This document shows, one piece after another, positions 57,392-64,000 of a stretch of DNA of 64,000 bases. Position 1 is the first letter of the stretch. Each line of letters starts with the position of its first letter. The notes below the pieces were generated by a model that was given only the letters and a program-made list of their open reading frames with translations, was not told the origin of the DNA and did not search any database. This DNA is from Nitrospirota bacterium (lineage in GTDB: Bacteria; Nitrospirota; UBA9217): assembly GCA_963845065.1 (NCBI GenBank), contig CAWJQQ010000001.1, positions 224,001-288,000 of the forward strand. The letters are read 5' to 3'. Both the position numbers and the translations under genes were made by a program.

Positions 57392-60300
57392 TAGATCGAG
57401 CACTTCCCTGACCGTCCGCAATAAAGTCTGGGGGGAAGACGGCTTCGAAAGAAAATGCAGTCCTTTCTCGAGCACACCTTCTTTCTGAATCAGGTCAGCC
57501 GGATAACCGCTCGTAAAGACCACCTTTATGTTAGGATTGCTTCGTCTCACTTCCTCGAGGACCTCCCTACCGCTCTTTTTCGGCATGATGACGTCCAAGA
57601 TGAGCAGACTGATCCTGTCGCGGTTCTCCCGGAACTTCTGCAGGGCATCTTCCCCATCCACAGCCTCGATGACGGTATACCCGAACTCCTGCACTATTCC
57701 GAGTCCCGGACTATTACCAGGTAATTTCCTTCAGCCCACGTTTTTCGACTTGTAAACCACACTCACTCGGCATAGTTTGACCCCTGTAAGTAAATCTTAT
57801 TGCAAGAAAGGAGTCGACTACGAAGTGCATTGTCAATGATGACGTAATTCTTTCAAGGCGGTTAGTGGGTCCACTGTCGGCTTACATTGCTGGGTTTGCG
57901 AAGTGGGCACGAAACCACTGAATGGCAAATTCAGTCGGTATCGAGCGGGGACCAAATCCTTGGCTTCCTCAACAATCTGCAAAGCCCAATAAAACTATGC
58001 CGAGTGATTTGTGAGTACTATTCATGTTCTATGCAGCAATATTTGGCTGTACGCAACTTGGCTCCCATCTAACTCGGCATAGTCCGGGACTCGGAATAGT
58101 GGCGTCTATTCCGCATGCGGAATAGTCGACAATATATTTCTGTTCAACAGTCTTACGGTCTCATTGTCCTCGGCAAACAGGATAGCCTCGGTTCCTCCCC
58201 GGAGCGGCTGCAGGACCTCGGGATGCCTCTCTTCTCCGGTCGGGGCACTGACAATGGGGAAGTATATCCTGAACGTTGTTCCTTCGCCGGGTTCGCTGTA
58301 CACATTGATATAGCCTTTGTTCTGCTTCACAATGCCATATACGATGGAAAGCCCGAGCCCTGTTCCTCGACCGACCTCCTTGGTCGTGAAGAAAGGTTCA
58401 AATATTTTTTGCTGCTTTTGTTTATCCATACCCTCACCAGTATCGCTCACCGTCAGCACAGCGTAGTTGCCGGGCAATCCAAAACCATGCGTCCGTACAT
58501 ATTCGCTATCGAGCATCACCCGCCCTGTTTCAATCATGATCCTTCCGCCCTTCGGCATTGCGTCCCGCGAGTTGGTGGCCAGGTTCATCAGCACTTGCTC
58601 AATCTGTGTTGGGTCGACGAATATCGCCAGCGCCTCATCGCTAAGCGATGTCGACAGAACAATATCTTCGCCAATCGTCCGGGCAAGGAAGTTTTCAACC
58701 TTGCGAATACTTTCGTTCAAGTCAATGTCTTTGGGATTAATGACCTGCTTCCTGCTGAACGCAAGAAGACTTTGGGTCAGGCTGGCCGCGCGTTCAGCTC
58801 CCGCAAGGATCTGGTTCAAATGTTCCCTTAACGGGTCATCAGTCCGCATTTTCATCTGCAGGAGATTACCGTATCCGACGATTGCAGCGAGGATATTATT
58901 GAAATCATGGGCGACCCCTCCGGCGAGTTGGCCGATGGATTCCATTTTTTGAGCATGGAGAAGCTGCTGTTCGAGTTTCCTGCGTTCGGTAATTTCGATG
59001 CCAGCACTGATAATATAGCGCTGGCCATTGATCACCATGCGGGATCCCGTGAGATAGTAGGGGACGGACAGCCCGCTTCTGGTCACCAATGAAGCTTCTA
59101 CGGAGGCCCTGCCGGTCTCCAGTACCTCCCGAAGATGCGTCCCCATCAGCTCCCGGTCGGCTTCGAACAACCTGAGAACGGTCATCTGTGAGATCTCTTC
59201 ATAGGAGTACCCTGTCACGGCCTTTTCATTATCATTCCAGCGAACCAGCCGTCCCTGCTCGTCGCAGATGTAGAACACGCCGGGAAGACTGTCGACGACC
59301 ATATCGGAAAATGCCTTTTCCTGCACCAGGGCCTGTTCGACGCGTTTGCGTTCGGTGACGTCGCCCACGATGCACACCGTGGCCAGCGGTTCTCCGATCG
59401 GGTTCGGCATAGTTGTAATAGTCAAACTGAGGGTGCGGTGCGAGTTTTCCTGGTCTTGGTAGTCAACTTCAAGACTGCTGCCGGCACCGCGTCGGATGGC
59501 CGATTCCAGTGTTTCGGCAAACTTGGGATTGCTGCTAAGACTACTGGTGGGCCGATTGCCCACAAGGTCCTCTTCACGACACTTGAACAAGGTGCAGGTT
59601 GCATGGTTGACCAGCCTGATAATCCCGTCGGAATCGATTACGATGAGCGCGTCTTTCATAGTATCGATGATCTGGCGGGAGGCGAAAGCAGCAGTTATCG
59701 GCGTGAAGAGGTAGCGGACTATTGAGTAACCCGAAATCATGGTGTACAAGAAGATCGCGACATAACCCAAGGGATACCACGGAATGCCAAAGGTTCCAAG
59801 GAAATCGACGACGGCAAAGGACCCGATCGCAAAGGCTAAAATTAATATCCTGGAGCGTCTCTTCTCGATTGAGTCCCTGATAACATTGCGGTACCCTGCT
59901 GCGTAGCTGCGGAACGTAATGATCATTACGGTGAAGAAATAAAGCATAAAGGGTATGCCCGTTACGCCGTATTTGGGAAAATATCCCCACCAGTAATGGT
60001 AGAGGGTCTTGAACTGGATATCGGTTGTAAGGATGAGCGTGATGAAGAGAGCGCTTATGATCCAGAAGATCAGTACGCGTTTTCTGAGCCGCTCATAATC
60101 CTGCTGGATCAGTGCAGTGAGATTGTAAACAGCGGCCGGTATGCTGCCAATACCGATATAGGCGACTTTTGCCCACCACATCGCTATGTTCACGTCGGTA
60201 GCGCTATACATGCGCGAGAAAGCATAAAGCCACACGCCTATACTGGTCGTCTGTATGAAGTATGCCACACTCACCCGTGATCCTTGATCCCGTATTAGCG

Positions 60301-60400
60301 CATAGATGCCAAGCAAGGTAACTGAAAGCGCAACCGCGGCCGTCTGGACAGCGAGCGGGGTCAGGGAGTAAGCAGCGTTATCAGAAAAAGTATTCAGCAT
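57392..60400 (-). pseudogene. Hybrid sensor histidine kinase (7TM, two PAS, HisKA/HATPase, receiver) split by a 438-bp insertion
   Basis: AHDFNN, NLATNSRDAM, GTGLGL; receiver reads ..RNIL [57692-58129] QEFGYTVIEA..; IS1182 at its stop. Confidence 0.85.
57692..58129. mobile_element. Non-autonomous element with 23-bp inverted ends and adjacent palindrome (RIT-like ends)
   Basis: CACTATTCCGAGTCCCGGACTAT (57692-57714) / ATAGTCCGGGACTCGGAATAGTG (58079-58101); palindrome CTATTCCG-CATG-CGGAATAG; internal CTATGCCG copies. Confidence 0.7.
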
Positions 60401-60739
60401 GTGTTTCCTTATGAATGCAGCCGGACCCAGAATGCCGGATCGGGCCCCCTCAGGATGACGTCTATTTTATTGCCAATAAGCCTTATTACTGGAATCGCCA
60501 GGATTCTGGCCGCTAATAAGAATAATGAAACTGAATTTATATTACTAGAATTTTTTGTTTTGTCTAGTATTATTTGTTTATAAACAAAATCCTCTCCTCA
60601 ATCTGGACGTCCGCTCGGCGCGGAAATGTCCTTATAATTGGAAGTTTACCTCCAATATACTGCAACCAGGTCTCCCTCATTCATTTAGCTGACAACCCGA
60701 TCCATCGGAAATTACAATTGTTTCTTGCTTTTCCCATGT

Positions 60740-61248
60740 TATTTCGCGACGAGCTCCGGGGATGTTTATGTCGATGCTTCACCACAAAGCCGAAAACGCT
60801 GGCGGTAAAGTAACCGAGTTTTCTACCCGGAGCACAAAGCTTTCCCAGACATGCCATTGCGGAACAGTAGCCAAAAAATCATTGTCCCAAAGATGGCATG
60901 CCTGCAACTGCGGGGTAAGCACCCAGCGTGATCTCTATTCCGCATTCCTTGCAAAGCATGTTTCTAACGATGTCCTCGACACGCGTCAGGCTGCCAAAGC
61001 CTGGCCGGGTGCAAACCTGCTCCTGGAACGGGCGGTGTTGAGGGTGCAGTTTGAAGCGGCAAAGGGTCGAATTCATCCAACCAGCTTCGGTATCAAGCAA
61101 GAGAACACCACGAACCGGAGACAGAGCTGCTCGTCCGTTAAAGGCGGATCAACGACAGTCGAGGCCGACAACGTTCGTATTGTTGCCGGAGAGCCTGTCG
61201 GTACAGCCGCTAGAACCCTCTGGCTTTAGACATGGGGAGTGGTCAGAT
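60740..61248 (+). mobile_element. 5'-truncated second copy of the tnpB element (3' ~510 bp with right end)
   Basis: Near-identical to 19050-19558 with a few substitutions; diverges after GAGTGGTCAGAT. Confidence 0.92.
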
Positions 61249-61321
61249 CACTGTACTATCGAAAACATATATGATATCTTATAAGTATCAATGTTGTTCC
61301 AACTACGCAGGAGGAATTAAT

Positions 61322-62002
61322 ATGAAGCGAGTAAAATTCATTTCCCTCATTACGGCAGTAATTAGCATCCTCGCCTGCCTCATCGCGACTACGGTCGCAT
61401 ATGCGCAACAGGAGTTTCCGCCGCCCCAAGGCAAAGGACGCGTGGTCGTCATAGCCTCCGGCATGTCGGGCCCGGCGCACTATGTCACGGTAGCCCGGGA
61501 GATCGCTAAATTCGGATATGACGTCGTTTTATTCGACGGCAATGCGATGAAAGGGACCAAAGGGGAGGGCGTTAAAACAGCGATTCTACAAGCACAACAA
61601 ATGCCGCACGCTCTCTCTGGAAAGGTTGCCTTAGTCGGCTTCTCCCTCGGAGGGGGCATGTCACTTTATTACGGCACACAATGGCCCGATCTGGTGGCCG
61701 GTGCCGTCGTCTGGTACCCCGCAACCATCTTTATTCGTGATGTACCCGGCTTCGTGAGCAGATTAAAGGTGCCAGTGCTCATGTTCGCCGGTGAAGATGA
61801 CACCTACCGGGACTGCTGTCTGGTCGCTAAGGCACGCACTTTGGCAGCGGCGGCAACCGGAAGCGGCTTGGCATTTGAGCTGATTACCTACCCGAACACG
61901 AAACATGACTTTGTCAAGGATGGTTATCACTACAATTCCAAGTCCTATTCTGACGCCCTACAACGGACGTCAGCCAAACTCAAGGAGTACCTGGGCATGT
62001 AA
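61322..62002 (+). CDS. Exported dienelactone hydrolase-family protein
   Basis: GGAGG RBS, signal peptide, GFSLGG, GEDD, HDF. Confidence 0.85.
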   Translation: MKRVKFISLITAVISILACLIATTVAYAQQEFPPPQGKGRVVVIASGMSGPAHYVTVAREIAKFGYDVVLFDGNAMKGTKGEGVKTAILQAQQMPHALSGKVALVGFSLGGGMSLYYGTQWPDLVAGAVVWYPATIFIRDVPGFVSRLKVPVLMFAGEDDTYRDCCLVAKARTLAAAATGSGLAFELITYPNTKHDFVKDGYHYNSKSYSDALQRTSAKLKEYLGM

Positions 62003-62864
62003 AGCAACCCAATACATCCGTACGTTTCCTGATTCGAAATCGAATGTGATCGTATATCTCCGTTACAATCAAATAACGTATTGTGATTACTTATCGCCCG
62101 AAGAGTTCGGAATGACGGAGGCAGTCGCAGCAGTTGCGCTCAATAGAATGAATGTTTCAAAAGGGATATTACACTGCAATTTACAATCTATATTCTTCTC
62201 ATCAATCAAATGTGGATCATTGTGAGTTTCAACTACAATCAAACGACTTTAGTAGAGGCGCAACAACAACGAATACAAGTTCAAATATGTACTTAAATGA
62301 GCGGCGCGCCATAAGCAATACTATAGTCATGACTGCTATGTTCTGTTTGTTTTATTTGCCCTGAACAACGCCTCGACTGTATAGCACACGCATCAGGTGC
62401 CTTATAAAAGTTGTCGCTCCTTTCTGTTTGAAGGTTACAAAATGGAGTGTGTTGGTAATAGCTGAGGCTCTTATTGAGCCGCAAAAAACACCAGACTCCA
62501 ATCTGGTGATGAAGCGGCAGCCCGTAGGGCTCATGCAAGATTTTTGCATGTAAAATTTAAAGAAGCCACCAGCTCCCGCTGGGGGAGTTTCACTTTTTGA
62601 GCAGTAATGGATGGACAACGGAACAATTATGATTTCCTCAAATTGCTTATTTGCGATTGTGCACAACGTTTCCGGACAAACGGTGTCGCACTTCATTTCT
62701 CCCTCCTACGCAAAAAAAATTCTTCAGAAAATTTATGTTTTCTATCCGTAAGACGCAATTTGTATTGCCTCAAAAGAATGAATTTTGGGCAGGATGGCGA
62801 TCTCAATAACAGAAGGGTTAAATGGGTATCCATTGATACCCGGTTATGTGCGATCAAACTTAAC

Positions 62865-62942
62865 TTGACAAAAATCAGCTACCATGTTATTAACTACCAC
62901 GTTATTATTGGATAACAATGTTATTGTTGAATAACTATGTTA
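62865..62942 (+). promoter_or_regulatory. Promoter with four related quasi-palindromic operator-like motifs
   Basis: TTGACA 62865-62870, then CTACCATGTTA, CTACCACGTTA, TAACAATGTTA, TAACTATGTTA before tetR. Confidence 0.6.
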
Positions 62943-62952
62943 GTGTAATTTA

Positions 62953-63564
62953 ATGGGAATCAAAGAAAAAAGAGCCAAATACAAGGAGGAGTTTCGTCGG
63001 GAAATTCTCGATGCAGCTCGTGAACTCTTTTTGAGTAAAGGGTACGAAAAGTTCTCCATGCGCAGGCTCGCAGAAAAGATAGAATATTCGCCGCCTACTA
63101 TTTATCTTTATTTTAAAGACAAGGATGACTTGCTTTTCGCAATCTGTGAAGAATTTACAGAACATTTTATAACTCATCTTAATTATATTAGGTCCCATTC
63201 GAATGATTGTCTCGATACACTTCGTCAGGCCCTGCTGTATCGCATAGACTTTGGACTCAACAATCCCGATCAATACAGGGTATTTTTTCTTGCAAAGCCG
63301 GATGGTTACGGTTCGCAGGAGCAATTTATGAAAAAGGAATCGATGGCACGGGATTCCTATCTTGTATTAAGAGAAATAGTACAGGAGTGTATTGAAACAG
63401 GACAATTCCGGAATTTGGATGCAGAGGTAATAACACAGGTTCTGGCCGTCGCAACCCACGGATTAATAGCCGTGAACATCTTTAACAAAAATTTCCCATG
63501 GGTTGATCGAAACATGCTTGCTCATGTGTTGGTTGACGGATTGCTCAGGGGATTTCAGAGATAA
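62953..63564 (+). CDS. TetR/AcrR-family transcriptional regulator
   Basis: ILDAARELF..GYEKFSMRRLA..SPPTIYLYFKDK. Confidence 0.93.
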   Translation: MGIKEKRAKYKEEFRREILDAARELFLSKGYEKFSMRRLAEKIEYSPPTIYLYFKDKDDLLFAICEEFTEHFITHLNYIRSHSNDCLDTLRQALLYRIDFGLNNPDQYRVFFLAKPDGYGSQEQFMKKESMARDSYLVLREIVQECIETGQFRNLDAEVITQVLAVATHGLIAVNIFNKNFPWVDRNMLAHVLVDGLLRGFQR

Positions 63565-63646
63565 GTTTATGCATGCGAATTTAATGCAGCATACAAAAGT
63601 CAAAGAGAAAGTGCTGCTTATTACTTAGGATTTGGAGGAATAGAAC

Positions 63647-64000
63647 ATGTCATTCGGAACTATTAGTAGACGAACCAACGGCACATGCAAAATGATTACC
63701 CTTGTGGTAACTTTTATAGGATGCCTGATTTTGACTGGCTGTGGACAGCAAAGCGTCGCAGTTGAGAGGGTACCGGCTGTTATCCCGGAGGTAGGGATAG
63801 TAATAGTACAACCACAACACGTTGTGCTTACCTCTGAACTCGCTGGACGTACCTCTGCTCACCTCATTGCCGAAGTGAGACCGCAAGTGAGCGGCATCAT
63901 TCAGAAACGTCTGTTTACGGAAGGCTCAGACGTCAAGGCCGGCGAGGTGCTCTACCAGATTGATCCGGCCACCTACCAGGCAGCCTATAACAGCGCAAAG
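63647..64000 (+). CDS. RND efflux periplasmic adaptor (AcrA-like), runs off window
   Basis: GGAGG RBS, LTGC lipobox, ELAGRTSA..EVRPQVSGII..FTEGSDVKAGEVLYQIDPA. Confidence 0.92.
   Translation, partial: MSFGTISRRTNGTCKMITLVVTFIGCLILTGCGQQSVAVERVPAVIPEVGIVIVQPQHVVLTSELAGRTSAHLIAEVRPQVSGIIQKRLFTEGSDVKAGEVLYQIDPATYQAAYNSAK

Noticed and set aside
62560..62593. Third tnpB element
   Set aside because: Only a lone right-end-like hairpin (GAAGCCACCAGC..GCTGGGGGAGTTTCAC) with no coding remnant

Overview
Bacterial accessory region (apparently an anaerobe that decodes selenocysteine; lineage cannot be fixed from sequence alone), heavily scarred by mobile elements. The main result is in the first ~13.7 kb, an exported methionine-oxidation/redox-repair island. 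It contains three genes with in-frame TGA codons that the ORF track missed or split, each followed by a bacterial SECIS-like hairpin. Two of them (2154-2456, 10362-10658) are ~100-aa secreted proteins whose TGA aligns with the Cys of a third paralogue (6907-7266) and with the catalytic Cys of the neighbouring MsrA, i.e. a candidate 'mini-MsrA-like' Sec/Cys family. The third is a DsbA-like UPHC protein (11896-12477). They sit with two Met-rich secreted proteins, a secreted MsrAB, a membrane-anchored sulfite-oxidase/MsrP-family molybdoenzyme, a di-haem peroxidase, a beta-propeller and an OmpR-type regulator with 11-bp-period direct-repeat sites. The rest of the window holds a cooS-cooF-FAD oxidoreductase CO dehydrogenase cassette and a SWIM/SNF2 cassette, each bracketed by tRNA-fMet 3' fragments. 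It also has attC-like sites, a tnpB element plus an orphan 3' copy, a 219-nt group II intron remnant, IS481-, IS3- and IS1182-like elements, a RIT-like mini-element splitting a hybrid histidine kinase, and many pseudogenes.
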